DNA of 64,000 nt, from the NCBI RefSeq assembly GCF_006345805.1, contig NC_042998.1:16740001-16804000 (forward strand). The letters run 5' to 3'. The stretch is from Octopus sinensis (lineage: Eukaryota). The notes under the pieces were generated by a model. That model was not told where the DNA came from, did no database searches, and saw only the letters and a list, made by a program, of their open reading frames with translations. The position numbers and the translations under genes are program-made. Position 1 is the first letter of the stretch, and every line of letters begins with the position of its first letter. This document shows, piece after piece, positions 11,483 to 23,602 of this stretch.

Positions 11483-13605
11483 GACACGCGTATCGCAGAA
11501 ATAATAACTGAAATATACATTAATGAAATCGATGAAAAAATGATCGAATTTGCTTATTTCCGTGCTTTTATGCTCAGAACCGTCATTGGGAACATATGAC
11601 TATATTACAATGCTTTACTAGGCAATATGTATTCGCGTATATTTGAGTCTCTAGGCATTCATGCGTTTAAGTTTTTCTGAATGTTAATGTGAGATCGCGA
11701 CTCTGTGATTGAGTGGGTTTGTGCATATTTATACATAATATACCCACTATTCATAGTGTTCAATCATATCTTTTTCACGACATAATTTAAATCTAAACCA
11801 CAACGGTTCTTAGAGCACTTTAATCCTCGACTTAATTCCTCCGCAAAGTAAGTCTTCAGAGACTGCAGTAATCTTGCATTGGAACGCAAATTGTTGTTAA
11901 ATTTTCAGATTGGTATTGCCTGAATAGCTAGCATTTCAATAATCCTTACTAGCACAAACTGACAGCATGAACAATGATTTAATGCATGGATGCACAAGCT
12001 GCTCGTTTTGGAGAAGAGGAACGTGAGAAATAAGGCGTCCTAATGTTGAACACTAGTTCTCATAAAAATTAATCAGCGTTCACCTTCGTTTGGAAAATTT
12101 ACTTGGGAATTGCAACAACAATTCTGTTCAATACATCAATGGATATCATTTTTGTGTCCTGCCCCCTTTCTGAATATATGTGTTTTTCATTATTTCCCAG
12201 AAATATAATTCAGAAATATTCCATTTTATGGACGCAAAAATGTGTGCGGTTTCACCCTTCATTTCTATACTTTTAGCATAACTCATAGTTTAAAATTCTC
12301 GCCTAGCATTAATAATGCACAACAAAAGTATTGATACTAACATCTTATAAAGACATTTTCGAATACTTCTCTCTCTAAATAAACATTAAGTTCCCATCTT
12401 TTGCCCTTTTGGCACTAAAACAAGCTTTATTATTTTTATTGAGTTAATGGCTTGACTCATTAGTGTATTTCTTTCAATTTGTCCATATTTTCTTTAATAT
12501 TTAGTTTTCAACATTTTTGAAACGGAATGAGTAGAAGGAGGGGGTGTAATTTTATCTCATTTTTATATTTCTTTCTAAATGTCGTCTTTTTAAAACTCTC
12601 CATTTTTCCGGTATTGTTTTTGTTAATTTACTGCTTGTATTCATTCTTTTTATTCTATTTTTATTGGTTAATTTATACTTCAAAACCATTAGAATTTAAA
12701 TAATATAATTTATTCATGTTGCTATGCTATTTGAAATTTCTCTCCATTTTGTATTTTACCCATTTTAAGCAACCATACATTATTTGTAAAAATATTAAAA
12801 AAAATTCTGAAATCTTCCTAAACATATTCTCCTCCATCAATTTTCTTTTCCACTCCCATACTAATTTTCCTTGTTTATTCTACTTCCTGCGCTTTTCATA
12901 CACTCTAGTATGCTTTATTTTTTTCATCCGTTTACTTCTCTACATTTACATTTTGTATTTCACTCTTCACTTAATCGTTGTGTACACATTCTTATTTTCT
13001 TCAACTTAGTTTAATAGTTTAATGTATACTTTTGTTTAATTCCTTTCTATAATTTATTTCTAACATTCTTGTTTCTTCTATGACTCTCCTTTCTAAACTA
13101 TCTAATTTCTACAATGTTTGTTTGCTACTATTTTAGAATATTGAAAAAGAGAGAAAAGAAATAGACAAAACAGTGTCAGCAGTAGATTATTCATGGCACC
13201 CCCCACCACCTTTTATAGCATCATGCTATGAATAACAACAAAATAGATAATAGAAAATTCAAGTAGCTATCCTAATTTCATGTTGCTTCAGAGTTGATGG
13301 ATGTGAGTTTCTTTATAATGACCAACCAATCATGTGTCCTCCACTGTTTGAAGAGCGACTCCTCACATCAATTTTAATTAGAGTCAAGAGTAGACTTGAA
13401 TTTTAAACTGATAGTATTGGTTATTAATTTAATTAGATGCTGAAACGGACAGCATACCATGGTATTTTCATACACTGCAATAATATATATATATATACAG
13501 TTAGAGAGAGAAACAGAAAGACAGACAAACAGAGAACTATAAATAGGAAGATAGGTAAATGGATAGATAGGTAGATAGGTAGATAGGTAGATAGATGGAG
13601 AGATA

Positions 13606-14388
13606 TGTTTCTTTATTAGCCACACAGGGCTGCACACAGATAGAACAAATTACAAGGTAGAGCTTTTCTTTTGAAGGTATTAAAAAAAAAAAAAAAAAAA
13701 AGGGAAGGGGGAGGTTCGATCAAAAGGGATCGTAAAATGAGAGAAAGAGGACAAAAATAAGGGGGGGTTAAAAAAAAAAAAAAGGGGGGGGAGAGGAAAA
13801 AAAAATGATCAATAGGGATCGTTATCACAGAAATGTCAATATGAAGTGTAAAGGGGAGGACAGGTGAGGTTTACCCGTGAAAGAAAAGCCTGCGGAAAAG
13901 ACCACGGTAACCTCGGTCAATGAAGTCACATTTTATATTTCTTTTTTTTTTTTTTTTTTTTTTTTGCAATAAGCAACTCTCTGTTTTCGATTTCTGGGTT
14001 CATAGACTATGCTCAAGTGGCTTCGTCATTCATACGTGCCATTCTTGCTACATTCACCCATCTTTTTTAAAACATTCGCTAGACAAAACTTGCCTCTCTA
14101 CTCTCACTTTCCTTTTCAAGTGGTACTTGAAGAAGTTGATGAGAGATTGACCAGAGAGAAAGTGTTTGTCTCCAATCCTTTCAGACGCGTCCACCAGATA
14201 CATTCTTTCGCCATAGCCACAAGGATGATGAAAATAGCTCTTCCTTCCCGTTGAAGGAAGGAGGCGTGACAATATTGACGATAGACTCAGCTGATAAACC
14301 GACTCGTCCCACACGTGACAGCAGTTGTTCGACATAAGCCCACAGGTCGGAAATTGTTGGACACTGAACGAGTGCGTGCAGAACGAGA
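13606..14388 (-). mobile_element. 5'-truncated Tx1/L1-clade LINE (ORF2 C-terminus and 3' UTR)
   Basis: Minus-strand translation with frameshifts: HALVQCPTISDLWAYVEQLLSRV...ILVAMAKECIWWTRLKG...SGQSLINFFKYHLKRKVRVERQVLSSECFK/RWVNVARM, the L1/Tx1 cysteine-rich C-terminus. Followed by a purine/pyrimidine-run 3' UTR. Confidence 0.8.
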
Positions 14389-14426
14389 GATAGATAGATA
14401 AGTGAATAGCTAGATAGGTAGATGGG

Positions 14427-14503
<77 letters not shown>
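14389..14503. repeat. (GATA)n array
   Basis: Directly visible; abuts the 5' junction of the Tx1-like LINE. Confidence 0.95.
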
Positions 14504-15004
14504 GAGTATTGATATATTTTAATTTGAAACAGGGAGCGGCTACAATTTGACCGCGATCAAGAACAAGAAATGTAAGGCGAGACTAACTCAACTAGTGCTA
14601 GAATGTATGCAAAGCTTTAATATGCATACATGCACACACACTAGCTATGCATACCGGTGTTGCCCGGGTGGTATAACCTACAGCCACGTTGTATTATTTG
14701 TTTCTTTCATAAGGGCAGAATCGGCACACGAGGAGTGTGAGACAAATAACTCTTCTTTATAAACAAATTTTTCTATCGTTTTATGATGAACAATACTGAA
14801 AATGTTGACACCAAAAACGTGAAGAATGACAGCTTAGATTATAATGAAATCCTAACATTGCTCTCAAAATGAATTACGGATTTAAAGATTTGCATGACGC
14901 ATGAGGACGTAGAGTTATCCGTATTGCAGAAAGTAATGTACTTGGCGGGAAAGCTGCTTCATTGTTACCTGCATCATCTCTAATGTTTGGGCAGACTGCA
15001 CGCT

Positions 15005-15600
15005 TCAACGTATGTCAATTGAAACCGACATTCTTTTTGGGTAAACTATGTTTTGTAAAAGCCAAGTGCTAATAGAATAAATGTACAAGTCATCTGCACT
15101 GCTATCTGGAGAGCATGCGACATATAGTTGTCCATGAGAAAAGCAGGGTATTTGTAAATTAAGACCCATAAGTTTTAAAGTTCCACCTTGGCTTTGTTGA
15201 TTGTCATAGCGAAGCACGATCGGCCTGCAAACTGGAGATGCTTGGATTGAAATGACACATTTGAGTGAATAAGGTGCATGGGTGGTATGTATGCGATCTT
15301 TCCTTGATGACAGCGGCAATAATGGTTGTTTTTAGGACATGACTTATAATTGTAGTTACAGTCAATCTTGTACCAGTGCATAGTCGTGGCGGACCGAAAT
15401 TCCTCAAGACCTTTCTTTAGGGACAACCAATACGGTGGAAATCCTGTGCGTTGTAGAGAGTTGAGAAGTTCAGCCGGATACTCAACAGCGGCATGGTCGT
15501 CCATGGTAGTATCAATGGAAACAAACGTCGAAAAATATCCAAGTAGAATGTGGAAGAACTTATGCCTTACTTTATCAACACTTTCATCCTAGGTGCTAAG
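15005..15600 (-). mobile_element. Helitron RepHel PIF1-helicase C-terminal fragment (pseudogenised)
   Basis: YPAELLNSLQRTGFPPYWLSLKKG, LCTGTRLTV, CFAMTINK, SQGGTL..GLNLQIPCFSHGQLYVACS and NIVYPK: the ordered PIF1/Helitron motifs, across frameshifts. Confidence 0.93.
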
Positions 15601-15773
15601 CAACAGATAAAGTACGGGATTTCTGAGATAACTTCCCCGTAATTTCAAGTAGGTCAGGATTTGAACTACGCTCATCACAATGTCAGAATAGGAAAATGCA
15701 ATTTCCATAGGATTTGCGCTGTAGGTTATCGCACAGCAAAAAGTAACATAATTCATACAGAACTTTGACTCTA

Positions 15774-15774
<1 letters not shown>

Positions 15775-15811
<37 letters not shown>

Positions 15812-15821
15812 TGTGTTTGTG

Positions 15822-15879
<58 letters not shown>

Positions 15880-15890
15880 TTGTGTGCGTG
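15775..15890. repeat. (TG)n microsatellite
   Basis: Directly visible. Confidence 0.95.
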
Positions 15891-17589
15891 TGATTGTGCC
15901 GAAGGAAGTTATTTTTGCCTAACGTTCTTAATTCCAAAATAAGGAACTGTAGTAAAATTGTAACATGTTAACAGCAGATGGCCTCTGTACATTAAAATGA
16001 CAAATTGAAAGAGAAAGATAATGCCTAATTCTACGGATGCGTGAAACATGGGACGAAAGTGAAAATGACCTTAAAATAGTAGGACACGACCTCATTTCTG
16101 GGGTTCTCGGCGTCCCCTTCTCTCCCGTTTTTTGCCGGCTTTCTTTCACCTTCACCAATAGAACATACAGTATCAATATTGTGCTGGATTTATTTCACTT
16201 TTAACTAACGAACATACATATGAAACATCAGCGTCTGTGTCTCACGCACTATCCGCATTTTAGTTTCTCCTATAGGACCTCATTCTCAGTTCCTGTTTCT
16301 TTCTCTTGTCCCTCTGTCTTTTTCTCATTCTGTGTTTCCTTCTTTATGATTTGAAGACAGCGGAAATTGAAAGTAAAGAGAAAGCGAAAAGAGGAGAGAG
16401 AGCTGAAAGTGAAGGCATCGAGAAAGTGAAAGATGCATGTACGTGTATATGACATGGACGTGTGTGTGCATGAGAGAGAGAGAGAGAAAGAAAGAAGAAG
16501 AGAGATAGAGTAAGCCAATGTGTGTGTCTTGATGATGGATGTCCTTTCAGGTACACCCTAATATGGAAAATATGACGAACATCGTCGTCGCCGTCGTTGT
16601 ATAAAGTGTTTATCATAGTTGCCTTATAGAAAATATTACAATTTAAAATTTTTGTAATGCAAACATGTCAATGAAAATAAAGTTTAGTTACTAGCGGAAA
16701 TAGTACAAAATCTTTTGATACCCCATACATCAAAATCGGAAACTGTGAACAAGGTGCAAGTTTTTTTAGCACTTTTAGTAATAGCTATATACTTAATTAA
16801 TAAGCAGCTTTCTCCGTTATAGTATAGATGTATGTACCTGACCTTGCGCTGAAGTGTCTGTGCGTGTTATGATTTAGTACATTTATAATAAGTGAACTAT
16901 GATACTTAATCAAGAATCATTTGAAAATATGTACGTAATTACTGAGCTGTTTACAATAATATTTGCTGAATTATTTTCCAAACCCTTTCCCACTCGCCGC
17001 AGCAAAAATTGTCTGTAAGTACTACCAAACACACTGTCATTGTCTTTGCCGAATTCATTTACAGAATATGTAAAGCAAACTGAATATTTATCAATATTTC
17101 AATAACATCAGTATCGGGAGATTGATATCCGATATGTTACACGCAATAATATAGACGTGCCTAATAATTCAGTAAATATGAATGATTAGAGAATTGTTCA
17201 TCACGTATCTCCTTTAATATCCGATCCAATAGGGATACGTGTAATACTGATGCATTCTAGTTTACACACATAATTTCTTATTAGATAAATCGCTTGTATT
17301 CTTGTGGTTATGTTGACGATATCAATGGCGATATATATCACTTTTCAATATCTACTATGATATTCAGCAACGCAACAATGAAATGTAACACTTAGCATTT
17401 CATCTCGGCTGAATGTCAAAATTATCAGACGTATAGCATTACACTTCAATGAAAACAGCAGTAATTATTCTTTGAAAAGGTTAATAATTTGTAACTTTTG
17501 TATAAGTTTACTTTCCATAGAATGTCATCTACGATAAGAACGTCCAACAATTGTAAATATATGCGCATAGACACAGACATTAACACACG

Positions 17590-17965
17590 AAACTGCTCAA
17601 CAGGCACTCTCTTAATTTCCTGACATTGTTTAATGTCGTGGCGATGCTGAACACCTGCTGTTGCGTGTGAGATGTATGCGGCAATTGGCCGATTTCAAAA
17701 TCGTGATTACAATGCTACATTTACATAGACGAGGAGAGAAGGAACTTTTCCCTGTCAGGTGGCAATTATGAAATAAGGTGTTTAGTGAGCGAATTTGGAA
17801 GGTATGTAAAGATATTCCTCCTTCGTAGAGATTTTGTCAAGCTTCACTTAAAAATGCTGGTAAGGTAATCTGGAGGATGCTGTTCACGAGGTAATTTATT
17901 GAAACCTGGGCTAAAGTTGCAAAAATCACAAGACCAGACGGTATAACCTCATATATAGATCTGTG
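17590..17965 (+). mobile_element. Old Tx1/L1-clade LINE C-terminal remnant
   Basis: ETAQQALS*FPDIV..AEHLLLRV...EKELF...DFVKLHLKMLVR...TWAKVAKITRPDG aligns by eye to the 13995-14385 protein. Confidence 0.6.
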
Positions 17966-18427
17966 AGATGGACAGCCACAACCTGGCGAAGATAGATGCC
18001 CTTAGTGCTCCGGAAGATTTTGCATAATTGCGTTCCTCTTGTATCAGGAGAAACATATCGCTATCATGTTTCTTACCATTTTATTTTCAAAATACCAGTT
18101 CTATTTTTTGTGCTGTAAATAATGTATGCTGTACATACCCGCATATTTTACTCATTTTCACATTCCATTATATCTCAATTCCCACATTTAATGCCGATAT
18201 TAGCTTTGTATTTTGTTATTTCAGGATCGATAAAATAAGAACCTGTCGTGTACTGGAGTCCATTTTATTGACAAGCTCCCCACAATAAAATCTCCGGCAT
18301 TCTGTCTTTAGTAAATAATATTATGAAGTTTATAATAATAAAATTCATAATCCTTTTTACTATACGGACAAAAGTTCGAAAATTTAAAGAAAAAAGCACC
18401 AAAGGAAAAAAGAGAAATAAATTAGAG

Positions 18428-18429
<2 letters not shown>

Positions 18430-18462
<33 letters not shown>

Positions 18463-18492
18463 GTCATCGTCATCGTCGTCGTCGTCGCCGCC
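18430..18492. repeat. (CAT)n/(CGT)n trinucleotide array (tail or target of the adjacent LINE)
   Basis: Directly visible. Confidence 0.9.
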
Positions 18493-19010
18493 GCCCCAGA
18501 GCTTTTAACGCTTGAGATGGTCCACGCCGTGAGCTGTTCACTACAAATGATCTAAGATAACACCCCTTATTTTCGAACACCATCCGAAGTATTCGAGCGG
18601 TTCCAGGCAGTGCTGTTTTCTGCAAGTGGTCCACCCACAACATAGCTCATATTTGTTCCACGTACTTCTCAATATTTTTACTCACTGTTCCCAGGTCTAC
18701 AACAATTATTACTACTACCACCTGCTTGAATGACCGCAACTACTTAACCTTCCAAGCTATCGTGCCATATTTATCGACTTTTCTTTCTTCCATATGGCAT
18801 ATCTTGTTGTTAGCTGGGTATGCTATATCAATCGTCCAGGATCATTCACTTTCTTTCTCCATTATTTGAAGTTGCATGAACAATATATAAACAATTGTTT
18901 TTCATTCTTTCTTTCTACCAATTGTTTCTACCAAAAAAGCACTTTGAATGAATATTTGATATTTGGCCTACGTTTGATTTAATAATATTCTGGACATTAA
19001 AATCGTTCGT
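18493..19010 (-). mobile_element. R4/Dong-type (RLE) LINE 3' fragment
   Basis: DFNVQ..RRPNI...IDIAYPANNKI..EERKVDKY..IAWKVK..VVVVIIVVDLGTVSKNIEKY...LQKTALPGTARILRMVF: restriction-like endonuclease motifs and the R4/Dong C-terminus. Confidence 0.8.
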
Positions 19011-19141
19011 ACTGTATTACAATTGCTAGTGTCAGTTGTGTAAATTTTTTCTTTTCAATTTACCCAAACCACGATGTGTGGCTTAATTACAGAAACACAA
19101 CATTTCGATCTCCCATTAAATATGTAGTGTTTGTGTATACA

Positions 19142-19352
19142 ATCCTTTCTACTATAGGCACGAGGCCTAATATTTTTTTTTTTAAATCGATCTTGTCCAC
19201 CACAGTACACAACTGGTACTTAATTTATCGACCCCGAAAGGATAAAAGGCAAAGTCGACCTCGGCGGAATTTGAACCCAGAACGTAGCGGCAGACGAATT
19301 ACCGCTAAGCATTTCGCCCGGCGTGCTAACGATTCTGCCAGCTCGCCGCCTT
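19142..19352 (-). mobile_element. tRNA-derived SINE (family A), near full length
   Basis: Minus strand aaggcggcgagctggcagaatcgttagcacgccgggcgaaatgc...gggttcaaattccgccgaggtcgactttgcc...gcctatagtagaaaggatt. Confidence 0.93.
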
Positions 19353-19433
19353 AGGCACTTGCCCACAGTGGGACTGAACCCGGAACCTTGTGGTTGGGAA
19401 GCAAACTACTTACCACACAGCTACTCCTGCGCT
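19353..19433 (-). mobile_element. tRNA head of SINE family B
   Basis: gcgcaggagtagctgtgtggtaag...ggttccgggttcagtcccactg matches the head at 23930-24010. Confidence 0.9.
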
Positions 19434-20423
19434 TGATTCTGTATAAAATCATGAATGGATGGAGATCGTTCTAACTTCTTATCAGACTCCCACATCTTGG
19501 CATTAATGATAAAGTGAAAAGTTACTGGTGTTTGTGCAAATAAATTTTAATTGATTTCTTCGGCTTATCGACCAAGACGCCCTATATATCTTTAGAGGAA
19601 CTGCATCTACAATTAAACATACTAACGTATTCCAAATCAAAGGATTAAATATTTATGGTTAATAGGGTAATTTTTATCAGTTAAGCGAAGCATATTTTCG
19701 GCAACCGTGTATTTCAGTTTCAACAAAATATTGGAAAGATGTTTTTAATTCTCATATCTCCTTTCTTTTGATTGGCAGAGTATTCGTTTAAATGTCAGCC
19801 GTGAAACACATGGGTTCTGCTTTTACTTATAAAATGAATTGCTCTATCAATAAAATATATATCATAAATTAACAAATTAATATCACTCTACGCGTAATTT
19901 TATTTGCGACTCTACAAACTCAATCACGTGTTGCTCTCTAGTGCCTAGTTATTGCATCAGATATATCATTTCATCATACTATTTTGCGTGATAAGAATTT
20001 TGATTCCGAAATAAAGGAAATATAAGAAAAAAGACGTACGAAATACGCATATATAATTTTTTTGGGCTTGCCTATTAGGAAGATCTTGAAATAGCTAGTC
20101 AGTGGTATCTAGACTTGTATAGAAATAATTCATTAGAAATTCTCAGCTTCATATAATCCGAGATATATTAATTAAACATTTTGTTACAAAATTATGTAAA
20201 GAAAATCATGTAAAGAAAATCGCAGAAAACAATCACAGTAATGGAAAATAGGAATCTAAAATTTCAGGATTACAGGAATAGATTCGATTTGAATATTTTT
20301 AAGTTACTCACGGAATCAGCCTGATCCCAAAACGATATGGTATGTTGGGGTATGGGTTTCAGACATATCATGTATGGAAACCATACATGATATGTATTTC
20401 AATTCAAGTGTATTTTATATATA

Positions 20424-20710
20424 GCCTTGTGAGTGGATTTGGTAGACGGAAACTGAAAGAAGCCCGTCGTATATATGTATATATATATATATATATATGC
20501 ATGTGTGTGTTTGTATGTCTGTGTCTGTCCCCCTAGCATTGCTTGACAACCGATGCTGGTGTGTTTATGTCCCCGTTACTTAGCGGTTTGGCAAAGAGAC
20601 CAATAGAATAAGTACTGGGCTTACAAAAGAATAAGTCCCGGGGTCGAGTTGCTCGATTAAAGGCGGTGCTCCAGCATGGCCGCAGTCAAATGACTGAAAC
20701 AAGTAAAAGA
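20424..20710 (+). mobile_element. SINE family B, 5' truncated, with internal (TA)/(TG) tract and LINE-like 3' tail
   Basis: gccttgtgagtggatttggtagacggaaactgaaagaagcccgtcg...ggcggtgctccagcatggccgcagtcaaatgactgaaac; matches the reverse complement of 23603-23900. Confidence 0.92.
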
Positions 20711-20725
20711 AGAAGAAGAAGAAGA

Positions 20726-20786
<61 letters not shown>

Positions 20787-20880
20787 TATAAAATATTATT
20801 TGAGACAAAACCACTATTTTGCAAAACAAACAAGGAAAGACTAATCAATACATAAAATTTAATAATAGTCAAAAAAACCG

Positions 20881-20923
20881 CCACTACAATCGTTTCTTGT
20901 CTTGATCGACAATCTTCAGGTGG
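20881..20923 (-). ncRNA. Minimal type I hammerhead ribozyme
   Basis: CCAC-CUGAAGA-UUGUC GAUCAA GACAA-GAA-ACGAUUGU-A|GUGG: intact core, 5-bp stem II, self-complementary stem III, GUA cleavage triplet, 4-bp stem I. Confidence 0.85.
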
Positions 20924-20972
20924 ACTTCCAATAATTCAGTTACAAATAATTTGTAACTGAATTATTGGAAGT

Positions 20973-21016
20973 CCACCTGAAGATTGTCGATCAAGACAAG
21001 AAACGATTTGTAGTGG
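20973..21016 (+). ncRNA. Minimal type I hammerhead ribozyme (mirror copy)
   Basis: Stem I CCAC 20973-76 / GTGG 21013-16; CTGAAGA 20977-83; stem II TTGTC/GACAA; GAAA 21000-03; predicted cleavage after GTA (21012). Confidence 0.85.
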
Positions 21017-21125
21017 CGGTTTTTTTTGACTATTTATTAAATTTTATGTATTGATTAAGTCTTTCCTTGTTTGTTGCAAAATAGTGGTTTTGTCTCAAAT
21101 ATAATTTTTATATATATATATATAT

Positions 21126-21209
<84 letters not shown>

Positions 21210-21322
21210 ATATAGAAATATAATAAAAGGCTTCCAAATAAGGAAGCGTAGTGCTAGAAACACAAAGAGGGATAAATTCATGAAAGGAATGACAATTAAA
21301 AACATTTACCATCTCAGATATA

Positions 21323-21398
21323 TCCCAGACCGAACGGTTTCTACCTATTTTTAGCAAACACACAGAACATATTTTCCAGGCCAGCTTCTTCAGTGGGA
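21323..21398 (-). ncRNA. Hammerhead-like motif with expanded or degenerate stem II
   Basis: UCCCA-CUGAAGA-(45 nt, poorly paired)-GAA-ACCG UU CGGU-C|UGGGA: 5-bp stem I, 4-bp stem III, GUC triplet. Confidence 0.4.
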
Positions 21399-21920
21399 AG
21401 CCTTCGTAATCCTAGACGCACAGACTGTTAGAAGCACATGTAGATCTAACGGTTTGTATATCCTAACTTTTCAAACCTATATGTATATAGGTAAATACAT
21501 ATGTGTGTGTGTGTATTATGTACGTATGTATTAAAGAAAGCAAAAAATAAAACAAAGATGACAATGTTCGGTAGTTGGTTGAGTATGCTGGCCACAGGAG
21601 CTTTCACTCCAGGACAATTATACATCAACTCTCCCCTTCCCTCACATACCTATCTCTCTCTCTCTCTTTCTCTCTCTGATTATTAATCACATTGTCACCA
21701 TCAGTACTACTACATTTAATAAAACAAAATCAACTCTCCCTAAATTTCTTTGTCTCTCTTTTTCTTCTTCTATTTTTCTTTCTCTCTCTCTTTCTCTGTC
21801 TTCGCCACCGCCCTCACCGTCTCTATAGCGAGTATTACTCTCACCCCAGCATGAGGAAGGGCCATTGAAAAAAACGTTTTCTCATTTATTATATTGTGTG
21901 CGTGTGTGCGTGTGTGTGAT

Positions 21921-21953
<33 letters not shown>

Positions 21954-22394
21954 AAATATAAAAATGGAACAAAAGCGCAATAGAGAGCATTAAAATATTC
22001 GGACAGATAGAGGATACAAAAGTAGCCAAGAGAAACAACAATTAGAAGGACTGGCAAAAGTAGAGGTGTCATTTTTCATTTTCTTTCATCGGTCAGGTAC
22101 AAAAAGTCACGATCATTTCGGACAGTTAACATTGAGATGGTTCGAACTGATTTTCCCCCAAAAAGTCTAAGCTAAGAGCATTAGACCCCTTTGTAAGAAA
22201 GCTAGGAAGCGACAACAAAGACGAAAAAAAAACAAACAAAACAAAATACGGAGAACATGGTACACAATTACGCATAAAAGAACAAGAAACAACAACAGGC
22301 GTCTTTCGACTGAGAGAGAACGATACAAATTGAGCTGGTGTGTATGAAGTAAAAGCCTAAAGGCAGGAAATGGGAGACGGATACAAGATGTGAT

Positions 22395-22473
<79 letters not shown>

Positions 22474-22579
22474 TAGATAGATAACACACGCAGCAGTTCG
22501 TCCCACACTCATTTATTTACTTTCTTAAAAATGTTAGTGGCGTCTTGCAACCTTTTCAATATACATATAAGATATACAG

Positions 22580-22645
<66 letters not shown>

Positions 22646-23505
22646 TATCCATGATTGATCTAAGGTGTAGGTACAGGAGGTGGTCAATCTCTACTTACCA
22701 TGTATGTAAGAATATATGTTCCTCTAATTACACTTTTATTATTACACATTTGTATTCAAGCTTAGGGTCAGATCCTAAGGACATACCTATTATAAATCTG
22801 GCTATTTTGGGGCGAAGTTATGAAAACTGTTCGTTAGAATGTTGTAATATGTCAATTCGATGTAAACTGCATTAATGCATATTTAGATAATCACGTAACC
22901 TTCATTTTCTTGATATTTATGCCGAACTATACTGCTATTTTTCAATAACATTAAAACCAATTCAAAATAATTATCATTCTAAGTTAGTCTACATTCACAG
23001 CATTGCGTATTACAGTATATTCCCGACACCGAATTAATAAGTATATGTTTACAAACTCGGGAAACTCGACAATGTAAATTTCTTTTAATGCGCATATGTT
23101 ATTATTAATTTTATGGAATGGAATGATAAAATTGTTCTAAATTCTGGCGTTATATCCTTACTGACTTTATGGGTATTACTTAGATGTTATTTAGCAATTT
23201 ACTGAATTCGGATATAACTTAGATACTTATTTCACATGTTGCATACGGTCAAGGTGTGTGCCCCAGGATTGTGCTTGTGCATTGAGTGCACATGTGTGAT
23301 TAGTGATTCTCATGTAAACTACATGACAAGAGAGTTGTCAATAAATAAGAGATGTGATTTAGGAAAACAAATATCATATATATGATGATTACTTATATAT
23401 TTCGCATGTTATTTAATTTATTTGATATATTTTTATTCTGAATAGTCATTTCAGAGTCCAATGACATGCATTTTATTAAAAAGGGTATTTTAAAAGAATC
23501 CCTGC

Positions 23506-23554
<49 letters not shown>

Positions 23555-23559
23555 ATATG

Positions 23560-23591
<32 letters not shown>

Positions 23592-23602
23592 TGTATGTAG
23601 GT

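Larger units (their letters stand above)
20791..21108. repeat. Near-perfect palindrome (~157-bp arms, centre 20948) between (TA)n tracts; probable inverted PLE pseudo-LTR pair
   Basis: Arms are reverse complements around cagttacaaat-a-atttgtaactg; differences are almost all homopolymer-length indels. Confidence 0.95.
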
